From positions 352,001-416,000 of the forward strand of contig CBDBLV010000005.1 of the NCBI GenBank assembly GCA_965207225.1: a DNA stretch of 64,000 nucleotides, read 5' to 3'. The notes under the pieces were generated by a model that was given only the letters and a program-made list of their open reading frames with translations, made no database searches and was not told where the DNA came from. The stretch is from Dehalococcoidia bacterium. Its GTDB lineage: Bacteria; Chloroflexota; Dehalococcoidia; Plut-88900. Every line of letters begins with the position of its first letter. Position 1 is the stretch's first letter. Positions 8,511-17,152 of this stretch are shown here, one piece after another. The position numbers and the translations under genes were made by a program.

Positions 8511-10186
8511 CAGGGCCACTCCCATCCCAACCGGCGGAACCAGTCGGTCAGGTCGCCGCCGGGCGTCTGCTCGGCGGGCGGGTCTTCGGGCTCAGGCTGA
8601 GGCAGTGCCAGCAGGGCAAAGGCGTCGTCGGAACCGATTTCCGAGGCCAGCGATAGCGACTCTTCCCTTGTCCTGGTGAGGGGTTCTCGGTCGGTCGTCT
8701 CAGCCTTGACGTGCTCGGGATGGACGATGGTGAGGGTCACGTCCCTCTGCACCGTCTCGCCGGGCACCGACAGGGTGGCGGAGACGGTGTGCTCCGTGGT
8801 AGTTCCGTCATCGTTGGTGACGGTGACCGTTTCGCTGACGGTTTGGGTCGTCCCCGGCCTCCACAGACTCACCGTCTCGGTGCGCTTCTCCGTCCGCTCC
8901 GGGTGGTGGGTGAGCGTCGTCAGCGGAGGGATGGGGATGCGGAGGGTAGCCTCAAGACTCACGTCCAGGCTCACGGCGTGAATCGCCTCGCCGGTGGGCG
9001 CGGCGAGCCGGAAGCTCGTCTCCCCGTCGGGGACGAATGCGACGCTCGCGGTCGATGCTCCCGTCGTGGCAACGACCGTTCCCGTGATGGCAGTCACCCC
9101 GGCGTCCATGAGCGCCGTCTCGGTGACGCTCTCGTGTCCGGCCACCGTCTGAAGCTCGACCGGGTGCTCGACGGCGTCAACGCAGTCGGACTCGACGACG
9201 CCGGTGACGATCCCCGGCGTCCAGCCGAAGGAGATCACGTTCAGGTTGCACAGCTCGCCCTCGACTTCGGGGAGCGGGTACGGTATCCGGTCATGCTCCC
9301 AGGTGAGCGCTCCCGCCTGTCCCAGCGCGTCCTCCCAGGAAACGGCAAAGGAGGGCATTGGTCCGTTGAGGGGCAGCGAATAGTCGATGCTCTCTCCCTC
9401 TGTCAGCGTCGCCGAGCCCCAGAAGCGCAGGGTCGTGCCCTGGCCGCCGCCGAAGGCTCTCACCCGGATGTCCAGGTCGGTGGCCGCTCTCAGGGTCACT
9501 GCGGCCCGGTCGCCGGAGACGGTAAGCGCCTCGACGAATATCCGCCGTCCCTCCACCGGCTCCGTGACCTCGAAGTCGATCTCGTCCCGCCAGGGCTCGT
9601 GGCCGTCGGCAAGGACCGACTGGGGGACGGTCGCGGCCATCGCCACTGCGACGACCGCCATGACCGCTATCCAGCCCTTCGGTCCGTGGCCCTGGCTGTC
9701 GCGGCCCGCCTTGCGGGAACGGCGCTTGCCGAACCAGCAGTGGGGTCGGAATGGCTTTCTTTCACCGTTGCGCTTCTGCTTCCTGCGGCGGCGCAGCCTC
9801 TTGAGGGTCTTTCCGGCCCGCCTCGCCATCAGCCGCAGGGGGCCGGGGCCGCCCTTCACCGGCTGCAACGTGACCGGCGGCTCAGGACGCACCAGTTGGG
9901 ACACAGGCCCGGCGTAGACCCTGGCTCCCAGCCGGTACTTGAGCAGGTCGGCGGCCACCAGCGGCAGCCGCCGACCTCCTATCTTTCCCACCACTACTGC
10001 GATGCCCATCAGCCCGAACAGGACGGCGAATCCCATCCGCACCTCGTTCGGCCCAACGGGGGCGTAGCGGTATGCGCCGTAGGACAGGGCGCACACCGCC
10101 ACCACCGCCACGATCTGCGGGAAGGTGAACCACAGCAGCACCCTGTCCTCGGCCTGCACGTGGGTCGGTACCTCGTGTTCTCTCAT
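8507..10186 (-). CDS. PrgI-family membrane protein fused to a large putative extracellular domain
   Basis: PrgI-type start MREHEVPTHVQAEDRVLLWFTFPQ, two TM helices, basic linker, signal-like segment, then a Thr/Val-rich beta region. Confidence 0.75.
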   Translation of the reverse strand: MREHEVPTHVQAEDRVLLWFTFPQIVAVVAVCALSYGAYRYAPVGPNEVRMGFAVLFGLMGIAVVVGKIGGRRLPLVAADLLKYRLGARVYAGPVSQLVRPEPPVTLQPVKGGPGPLRLMARRAGKTLKRLRRRRKQKRNGERKPFRPHCWFGKRRSRKAGRDSQGHGPKGWIAVMAVVAVAMAATVPQSVLADGHEPWRDEIDFEVTEPVEGRRIFVEALTVSGDRAAVTLRAATDLDIRVRAFGGGQGTTLRFWGSATLTEGESIDYSLPLNGPMPSFAVSWEDALGQAGALTWEHDRIPYPLPEVEGELCNLNVISFGWTPGIVTGVVESDCVDAVEHPVELQTVAGHESVTETALMDAGVTAITGTVVATTGASTASVAFVPDGETSFRLAAPTGEAIHAVSLDVSLEATLRIPIPPLTTLTHHPERTEKRTETVSLWRPGTTQTVSETVTVTNDDGTTTEHTVSATLSVPGETVQRDVTLTIVHPEHVKAETTDREPLTRTREESLSLASEIGSDDAFALLALPQPEPEDPPAEQTPGGDLTDWFRRLGWEWPW

Positions 10187-10204
10187 TGCTTTCTCTCCCT
10201 TCAC

Positions 10205-10489
10205 CTATTCCTCGGGGGTGGGTGTGGCTGGGTTGGGCACGTCGATCTCCACGGGGTTGCCCACCACCGCGTTCATCACCAGCTCGACGACCCCGTAGGC
10301 CACCATCGCCAGGACGATGCCCGCCAGGGCGGTCATCATGGCGCTCTTGCCCCGCTCCATCTGGTGGGGCGCTCCCGATGCCGTCAGGTACAGGTAGGCC
10401 CCGTAGATGAAGAAGCCCACGCCCACGACTCCCACGATCCCCAGCAAAATGCCCACCAGGTTCGATATGGTCTGTGTCAGGTCTTCCAT
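10205..10489 (-). CDS. pilin (TrbC/VirB2-type)
   Basis: FFIYGAYLYLTASGAPHQMERGKSAMMTALAGIVL pattern typical of this pilin family. Confidence 0.8.
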   Translation of the reverse strand: MEDLTQTISNLVGILLGIVGVVGVGFFIYGAYLYLTASGAPHQMERGKSAMMTALAGIVLAMVAYGVVELVMNAVVGNPVEIDVPNPATPTPEE

Positions 10490-10645
10490 CTGTTTTCGCT
10501 CCTCTCGTTCTTCGAGCCTTTCGCTCGTCTCTATCGGTCTCGTTCTCGTTGTCCTTCTAGCTGCACATCTCTCCCCCTCCGTCGTCGCGTTGGTCGGCGC
10601 ACTCTTTGCCGCGCCTTGGTGATTTCGTTGTCCTTGTTGTTGAGG

Positions 10646-11626
10646 TCACTCGTTGGCGCTCCTAGGAGCCTCGCCGCCCGCGTCTCCACCGCCCGACGGG
10701 GTCGCCATCGAAGCCGCCGAGCTGAGGCCGCCAGCCGCAGCCGACAGCCCCGCGCTGGCCGCAACCGCTCCGACCGCAACGCCTCCAGGCCCGCCCGCCG
10801 CTCCCCCAGCCATCAGCCCGATGGTCCGGGCCGACCGCACCATCGACGCGGGCAGGTTCATGCCGAAATAGAGCATCGACAGCCAGCTATCGAAGGTGCC
10901 GGCGTTGCCAAGCAATGACGGCACCCTGGTCGCCATGTAGACGAAGGCCAGACTCATCAAGAGCTTCCAGACCAGGTCCTGCACCGGCTCGAAGGCCGCT
11001 ATCTGCGCCACCTCGTTCAGGAACCCGAACCCCAACGCCAACGCGATGAGCTGGATCGCCTGCTGGAAGGTGGTCGTCATGAAGAGCCTGAGCCAGTGCC
11101 TTCCCCATCCCGCCGTGTGCGGCAGAATCCACAGACCCAGGGCTATAGGAGCCAGGGCGAGAAGAATGTCGATCAACGCAAGGCGTAGGATCATCTGCAC
11201 GATGACGTAGAGGACGAAGAAGCCGTAGACCAGGTAGAGAAGGGCCAGCAGCAACGCCATGCCCACGCTCCCCGCCTGAACTGCGGTGAGCAGAGTCTTG
11301 AGGGTGGAGCGGAGCATGTCCCCGGCGGTGACGTTCAGAGATACCGCGACGAAGCCGGACACGGCGTCGGCAACGTCGATGACCAGCGCGCACCACCACA
11401 GGGAGGACGCGGCGGCCACAAGCCCCAGCACCAGACGGGGGACCATCTCCCGCCATCCGGCCTGACGGCTGCCAAGGTGCTCGCTGACGATGAACGTGAG
11501 GCCCATCCAGCCCAGGATCACAATGAGCGCGCCCGACGTGACGGCCCAGACGACCATCCACGCCTGCTGGACAAGGTCGTGGGCGTAGGTGAGGTCGGGA
11601 GGAGTCCCGGTGAGGATGTCGCTCAT
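10646..11626 (-). CDS. VirB6/TrbL-like polytopic membrane protein
   Basis: About 6 TM helices, RLALIDILLALAPIA..LWILPHT..W..W motif, Gly/Ala-rich tail. Confidence 0.8.
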   Translation of the reverse strand: MSDILTGTPPDLTYAHDLVQQAWMVVWAVTSGALIVILGWMGLTFIVSEHLGSRQAGWREMVPRLVLGLVAAASSLWWCALVIDVADAVSGFVAVSLNVTAGDMLRSTLKTLLTAVQAGSVGMALLLALLYLVYGFFVLYVIVQMILRLALIDILLALAPIALGLWILPHTAGWGRHWLRLFMTTTFQQAIQLIALALGFGFLNEVAQIAAFEPVQDLVWKLLMSLAFVYMATRVPSLLGNAGTFDSWLSMLYFGMNLPASMVRSARTIGLMAGGAAGGPGGVAVGAVAASAGLSAAAGGLSSAASMATPSGGGDAGGEAPRSANE

Positions 11627-11629
11627 GAG

Positions 11630-12244
11630 CTAACTCCCCTCACAGTTGTCGGCGTCCTCCCCCGAGGCCCGCTCAACGACACCGCACAGCGTCCCGTGGA
11701 CTCCCTCGATCACCCAGCCGGCTGCGGCCCTGGCCCAACGGGAGGGGTTGAGGGCGCTCAGAATCTTGTCCCAGATGCGTCCCGGCTCGTGGATGGGGAC
11801 GACGGCATAGAAGTCGCCCCGGTTGCCGTCCTCCGCCACCGCCAGCATGACCAGCAGGTAGGCGCGGTCCGGGTCGAGGTCGGGCTGCTCGTCCAGCTTG
11901 GGATACTCCCAGGAGTACTCCCAGCCGTCGGAGTGCTTCTTCTCGCCGCCCCGGACCCGGTACATGGCGGATATCCAGTCGCCGGTGTCGGCGTCTCTGA
12001 CGGCGTAGAAGAGGTCTTGGAGCTTGCGGTCGAAGAGGGGCCGTGCGACGAACTCGCCGCCCTTCTTGCGCTCGACGAATTCTCTGTCGGTGTTGACCAG
12101 GGTGATGTCGCCAGCGGGCGGCGATTGGGCCAGGGCGAGGTTGCTGGTGGGGACGGCCACAAGCGCCGCCAGCAGCAGCGCAATCGCCGTCGGAATGAGC
12201 CGCCCTGCCGGCCGGAGCTTCGATTTCTGCGCCAAGACGTTCAC
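11630..12244 (-). CDS. secreted hypothetical protein, first gene of the transfer operon
   Basis: Signal peptide ending ALA-Q; AGAGAG RBS; co-oriented with the operon. Confidence 0.7.
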   Translation of the reverse strand: MNVLAQKSKLRPAGRLIPTAIALLLAALVAVPTSNLALAQSPPAGDITLVNTDREFVERKKGGEFVARPLFDRKLQDLFYAVRDADTGDWISAMYRVRGGEKKHSDGWEYSWEYPKLDEQPDLDPDRAYLLVMLAVAEDGNRGDFYAVVPIHEPGRIWDKILSALNPSRWARAAAGWVIEGVHGTLCGVVERASGEDADNCEGS

Positions 12245-12511
12245 CTCTCTGCGGTTTCGTGCGGCCTATCGGTTTGGGCCGCCGCAGGAGAGTGTGAACA
12301 AATCAAACGCCGAAAAAGACCCCACGCATGGTGGCACCATCCATGCCCTCTTATCTGAGGCCCGTTTCGTGCAGTATTGGGGGTGTACAGGAAATGGACT
12401 TTTGTGACTGAGTGGTCAAAGTCGTGATTTCGTAGCTAAATCAGGGGCAAAACCCCCTCTACAGGAGGTGAACGGTGAGCAATCTGATGAAAGGGCGGAG
12501 TCCGGTCTCCA

Positions 12512-12617
12512 ATGACAAAAAGAGGCTTGAGGTGGGGGTGCATGACGCGGCCAAAATCGACGGCCCGATGACAAAAACGGCCGAAAAGTCCGCTTGAGGT
12601 GGGGGTGCGTTACGCGG
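12512..12617 (+). repeat. 17-bp direct repeat GCTTGAGGTGGGGGTGC x2, each preceded by ATGACAAAAA
   Basis: Copies at 12525-12541 and 12592-12608, both followed by a near-identical (A/G)T(G/T)ACGCGG. Confidence 0.85.
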
Positions 12618-12693
12618 GGCGAGAGATCGGGCGAATCACGGACTTGGTGGAATTCATAGCTGGAACGAGTTTTCGGAGAAGGAGGAAATTGCC

Positions 12694-13551
12694 ATGAAGA
12701 CGACCGAACACGGCATCGAGGACAGCAGAGACGTGGAGAACATGTACCACATGAGGCTCATGACGTTGCTGCAAGAGCTGGTGCGGGAGCGGGGATACAA
12801 GGGCGCGGCGCGGGTGTTGGAGATCGACCAGCGCACGGTGGCCGAGAGCGCCAGGACGGGACGGCTGTCGCGGCGGATGCGGGAGGCCCTGGAGCGGGCC
12901 TTGCAGGAGGGCGTGGGTTCTGCGGCGGCCCGCCAGCGAGAGCGCAACGACGCCTTGGAGGAGCGCCTGGGGGAGTTGGAGAACGCGGTGGAGTCGCTGG
13001 GCAAGGAGGCGCGCAGGCGGCTGTCCAGGGTGGAAGGCGCGGTGGAGGCTCTGGCAAAGGAGGGCACAGTGAGTCCGAAGACGACCGGGGCCGGTCACGC
13101 CGGCGCCGGTCCCTCGGAGCAGAGCGCTGATAAAGGAGAGGATGCAGGGTCAGTGAGCGAAGGAAGTCCTGCGTCAAAGTCCTCGATGCGGCGCGAGTAC
13201 CCCGAGCTGGTGACCCTTGAGCCCGCCGATGACGACGAGGAGGTCTTCGGAGACGCCTGGTCCCTGATCGTCCGGTGGCGGGCGTTGAAGGAGTCTCACC
13301 CCAACGAGGGAAGGGGTTTTGAGTGGCTCGTCGAGCGAGAAAGTCTGCTGGAGGTAGAACTGGCGCTCCTCGAAGAACACGGGATGACGCTCCCCCCGGA
13401 GAAGCAGCCCCTGCACGGCCTCGACCGCAGCGGCCAGGTCAGCTGGCGCAGGAAGGCCCTCTTCGACACGCGGAGAGCGCGGGCCAGGCGCGAGGTCGTG
13501 ACCAAGGTGTGGCGGGCGCTCACTCTGAGGTGGCGGCGGCCCTCGCAGTAG
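12694..13551 (+). CDS. hypothetical protein with HTH-like N-terminus and coiled coil
   Basis: GGAGGA RBS; GYKGAARVLEIDQRTV HTH-like segment. Confidence 0.7.
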   Translation: MKTTEHGIEDSRDVENMYHMRLMTLLQELVRERGYKGAARVLEIDQRTVAESARTGRLSRRMREALERALQEGVGSAAARQRERNDALEERLGELENAVESLGKEARRRLSRVEGAVEALAKEGTVSPKTTGAGHAGAGPSEQSADKGEDAGSVSEGSPASKSSMRREYPELVTLEPADDDEEVFGDAWSLIVRWRALKESHPNEGRGFEWLVERESLLEVELALLEEHGMTLPPEKQPLHGLDRSGQVSWRRKALFDTRRARARREVVTKVWRALTLRWRRPSQ

Positions 13552-13747
13552 CGCCCGGCGTTGCGGATGCGGGAGTGAACTTTGAAGCAATTTTCGGGGT
13601 GGGGGCATGCGTGGGGTCTTTTCGGCGTCGGAGACCTGCGATAATTGCCTCACTGTTTGGCTTTCTCCAAGGTTTCCGACCACAGAAACCTGGGTGCGTG
13701 ATCCCTGTTGCACGGGCTTCGCCCAAGAGGGAATGCTGGCAATGCGG

Positions 13748-13852
13748 AGTTTGACGTTGGTCCTTCGCAACCAGCGCGGGCCGATTCGACGGAGTTGACG
13801 CAAGGGCCTCCGTCCCCGGCTCAGTCCGGCGGTTGAAGTTTGACGTTGGTCC
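13748..13852 (+). repeat. 16-bp direct repeat AGTTTGACGTTGGTCC x2
   Basis: Copies at 13748-13763 and 13837-13852; partial GGAGTTGACG at 13791. Confidence 0.8.
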
Positions 13853-13948
13853 CTCACCCGCAGGGCATAGGTCTGACGGCTGGGGTTGATCGCCGTATCC
13901 GTCGGGCAAAAGGGGACGGGTGCGCGTTCAGCGTATCGCCCCCCGCAA

Positions 13949-14170
13949 ACTGGTCGAAAGCGCGTCTGTCGCTTCGACCGGTTCAGCACGTCTGCGGCAC
14001 AACCGACATGCGGTTGGGTCGCAGCTTCGACACGCGCCGGTCTGCCGTCTCAAGCAGGCTGGCCGCTTCACGTCTCGCAGCTCTTCCCCACTGACCGACT
14101 TCACCTTGGGCGAGCTGCGTCTTCTTTCACCCCGGTCTCCCCTGCGTTCGCATCGCTGGCGGCCCGGGTG
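13949..14170. other. cluster of consecutive stem-loops in an intergenic region
   Basis: Imperfect stems at about 13949-13982, 13993-14023, 14037-14062 and 14076-14119. Confidence 0.65.
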
Positions 14171-14220
14171 CGTCTTCGGAACGGAGTCAACGGCACACAA
14201 CACAGAAGGAGGTAACGCAC

Positions 14221-14736
14221 ATGGACGAATCAAGGACACAGGACAACGGAGAAGGAGGTACGAGCATGGCGGAACGGTACACCGGACCCAGCGCGGCGCG
14301 GATCGCAGACCTGCTGGCGCATCGCGTCAGCTTCGACAGAGGCTGGTTCTGGACCAGCACGGCGGTGTGCCACGGCGGGAAGTCCGACGGGCTGGCGTTT
14401 CGGCAGCGACCCGACGGCAACGGCATCGACGTACGGTGCCACACACGGGGCTGCGGTCGCGGCGTGATAGTCACCGAGCTTGAGGCCCTCACCGGTCTGC
14501 CGATCTGGACGGCCTACGAGCCGGTCAGGGACGCGGCGGTTGGGGCTGAGGCCAAGAAACCCTGGTGGAAGCGGAAGAAGGTCGTGGTGGCCGGGGTCGT
14601 CGCCCTGGTCGTCGCCGCGCCGCTGCTCACCCTCGACCTGGAGCTGTTCTTCCTGAACCTGTTCGGTCTGGGCATCGGCTGGCTGCTGCTCAGGCGGTTC
14701 ATGCCCCGTCGTTCGGCGCGGAGGTTCCGTCGCTGA
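14221..14736 (+). CDS. CHC2-like zinc-finger domain protein with C-terminal TM helices
   Basis: AVCHGG...VRCHTRGC pattern like primase zinc-binding domains; two hydrophobic helices; AAGGAGG RBS at both 14221 and 14266. Confidence 0.65.
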   Translation: MDESRTQDNGEGGTSMAERYTGPSAARIADLLAHRVSFDRGWFWTSTAVCHGGKSDGLAFRQRPDGNGIDVRCHTRGCGRGVIVTELEALTGLPIWTAYEPVRDAAVGAEAKKPWWKRKKVVVAGVVALVVAAPLLTLDLELFFLNLFGLGIGWLLLRRFMPRRSARRFRR

Positions 14737-14865
14737 CGGCTTCGGGCTTCTCACAACCCATCACAACACGCAGGGGTCGCTCTCTCCGAGGGCGGCCCCT
14801 ACTTCTTTGCCCGAAAGCGGGCGTAACGGATTCAAGGCAACACACAGGCACGAAGGAGGTGCGAA

Positions 14866-15369
14866 ATGACGACGGCGACATTGGCGACTCGCGGACAGAC
14901 GATGGACACGGAGACAGAGCGGCCCCGGCGCAGCTTGGAGGAACTGGTGGACCGGGTGTTCGCGGCGATGGGATTCACGGGGGAGACGGAGACTCAGCCG
15001 GTTGAGCGGAGCGCAACCCGCTCCATCCACGAGGCCCGACGGCTCAGGCAGGCCGGGGACATCGACAACGCGCTGGCGGCGCTGGGCAGTGCGAACGTGG
15101 CGCAGGCCACGCCGAGGGAGGCTCGCTGGGCCTTCTCCGAGTGGAAGCAGATGGTCAGGCGGCGGTTCGAAGACCGGGGCGCCGTGCTCTACAGCCAGGG
15201 CACGGGCAGGGCCTCGGCGCTGGTTCCCCACGGCGACGGGACGCTGGAGGTGGCTGCGGTCCTGGGGATGCGCTGGCGGCCCGGCAAGGTCGTTTCGGGG
15301 CGCAGCCTCCGGGGCCTCCAGCCTCTCGTATCGAGTACGAGGCAGGCTCTAGCGAAGGCTTGCCCTTGA
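14866..15369 (+). CDS. hypothetical protein
   Basis: GAAGGAGG RBS, 167-aa ORF. Confidence 0.7.
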   Translation: MTTATLATRGQTMDTETERPRRSLEELVDRVFAAMGFTGETETQPVERSATRSIHEARRLRQAGDIDNALAALGSANVAQATPREARWAFSEWKQMVRRRFEDRGAVLYSQGTGRASALVPHGDGTLEVAAVLGMRWRPGKVVSGRSLRGLQPLVSSTRQALAKACP

Positions 15370-15829
15370 TCCGGCTCTCCGCACCCTCCTCGGTCGCATC
15401 GGCGGCGCGGTTGTTCTTGCAACCCCTGCGAGGACGCGCTGCCTTCTTACACCTGCTTGCTTGGGCCGAGTGCGCCGCTAGCTAGCGCTCCCCTCGTCCC
15501 GGCTCTCCACATCGTTTGCCACGCCGGAGCCTGACCGCTCCGCCCCCTTGCTTGCGGGACCCAGTCCCGCACCACCCATCCACTAACCCACCCAGGAGGA
15601 ACTATGCCCAACGCACGGCGGGCATTGACATTGCCCGCGCACGGCTTCCCCACGTAGAGCCTGCCCAGTACAGCGATACGGAGGACGCCGCAGCCGGCCA
15701 TCGGCCACAACGACAACACAAAACCCAAGGAGACAGTCCCGGCCATTCGGGACGCCAATTCAGAGCGGGACTGTCTCCACCCCACGGGGGTGGCGGCCGT
15801 CCCGCTTCTTCATTCAAAGGAGAAGCGAC

Positions 15830-16978
15830 ATGACGACGGCAACCGCCACGACGATCAACTCGACGAGGACAACGACGAATGCGGCAGCGTCCGAAGAGCG
15901 CAGGGGCAGGCCGGAGAGCGAGCTCAGGGCCGCCGCCAGGAAGCGCGGCCTCACCTTGAAGGAGCTTGCGGCCCTGATGGGCGTCAGCGCAAGCCACCTC
16001 TCCCAGGTCGGCACAGGCAAGAAGCCCTGGACCCCCAACCTGCGGGAGAAGGCGATGGCCGTGCTGGGCGAGGTCCCTGGGCAGGGGATCGTCTACCGAC
16101 AGACCCGCGAGGTAGATGCAGAAAGTACCTTCATCCGGGAGCGCGCACGCGAGATAGGAATCACCATGCTGGAACTGTCCGACCGGTCGGGAGTGAGCTA
16201 CGGCTACCTGACGCAGGTGGCAAGGGGACGCCGGAACATGGGACCCAAGGTGCAGGCCAGCATCGAGTCGGCGCTTGGGGTGGCGGCCAGGGTCGCCCCC
16301 GCACAGTGCGCCAACCGCCAGGGCGACGTGATCGAGAGTGAGGCCAGCAGCTTCATCAGGGAGACCGCCCGCGCCCTCGGACTAACCATGAGGGAGCTGG
16401 CCGAGAAGGTCGGTGTGTCCGCCGGGTACCTCAGCCAGGTGTCCAGAGGGCACCGTAGCATGGGGGTGAAGCTCCAGGCCAGGGTCGAGGCCATGCTTGG
16501 GGGACGGGCGAAGATCGAGTCCGCCCAGTGTCCCAACCTCGACCAACAGGCCGTCTGGGACCGGATGAAGGAGCTCGACGTCAGCCAGAACGAGGTGGCG
16601 CGTAGGGCGGGCATCAGCTCCGGTCACCTCTCCCAGATCATGAACGGCAGAAGCACCCCGTCAGCCGTGGTTCTGAGGAAGCTCCACGGGGCGCTGTTCC
16701 AGCGGACGAAGGCCGATGAGCGGGTGATGCCCGCGGCCTTGAAGGTGCTGGGCTGGAAGAAGGGGGAGCGCAGCGGCATGGTGGTGCACGGCGCTCGCGG
16801 TAGAGACGGCACGGCCAGGGGCGGTGCGGTGCGCGTCGGCGGGCGCGTGCCCTGGGGCGCGGAGGTGGAGTACGCCTTCCGCACCGGATACGACGGCACG
16901 GGGAAGGTGTCGGTGGACCACGTGGTGGCCCCGGGCTACTCCGCACTGCTGATGCGGCCGGGGGCGGCGACCGCTTAG
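15830..16978 (+). CDS. protein with four tandem XRE HTH domains
   Basis: Four repeats of the type GLT..ELA...GVS..(H/Y)LSQV..G; AAGGAG RBS. Confidence 0.85.
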   Translation: MTTATATTINSTRTTTNAAASEERRGRPESELRAAARKRGLTLKELAALMGVSASHLSQVGTGKKPWTPNLREKAMAVLGEVPGQGIVYRQTREVDAESTFIRERAREIGITMLELSDRSGVSYGYLTQVARGRRNMGPKVQASIESALGVAARVAPAQCANRQGDVIESEASSFIRETARALGLTMRELAEKVGVSAGYLSQVSRGHRSMGVKLQARVEAMLGGRAKIESAQCPNLDQQAVWDRMKELDVSQNEVARRAGISSGHLSQIMNGRSTPSAVVLRKLHGALFQRTKADERVMPAALKVLGWKKGERSGMVVHGARGRDGTARGGAVRVGGRVPWGAEVEYAFRTGYDGTGKVSVDHVVAPGYSALLMRPGAATA

Positions 16979-16983
16979 GTACA

Positions 16984-17022
16984 AGAGAGGGAGGCTATCC
17001 GAATTGGATGGCCTCCCTCTCT
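16984..17022. terminator. stem-loop between convergent genes, likely terminator
   Basis: AGAGAGGGAGGCTATCC-GAATT-GGATGGCCTCCCTCTCT. Confidence 0.7.
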
Positions 17023-17152
17023 ACCGGCATGTATCCCGCTCTCTTTGCGTTTCACCAAGTCCGCATCGGCACCGGCGCGTTAGCGTCCAATGGTCGGCAG
17101 CCGAACTGCCGCCTTCAGCCCATGGCCCCGTGGGGACGCCGACCGGTTGCTT

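Larger units (their letters stand above)
12307..13628. repeat. long-range inverted repeat pair (12307-12330 / 13606-13628)
   Basis: ACGCCGAAAAAGACCCCACGCATG versus CATGCGTGGGGTCTTTTCGGCGT; identical except for one T in the T-run. Confidence 0.85.

Noticed and set aside
3659-10918. Long plus-strand ORFs (e.g. 3659..4675, 4937..6067, 8711..10918)
   Set aside because: Antisense shadows of GC-rich minus-strand genes; no motifs
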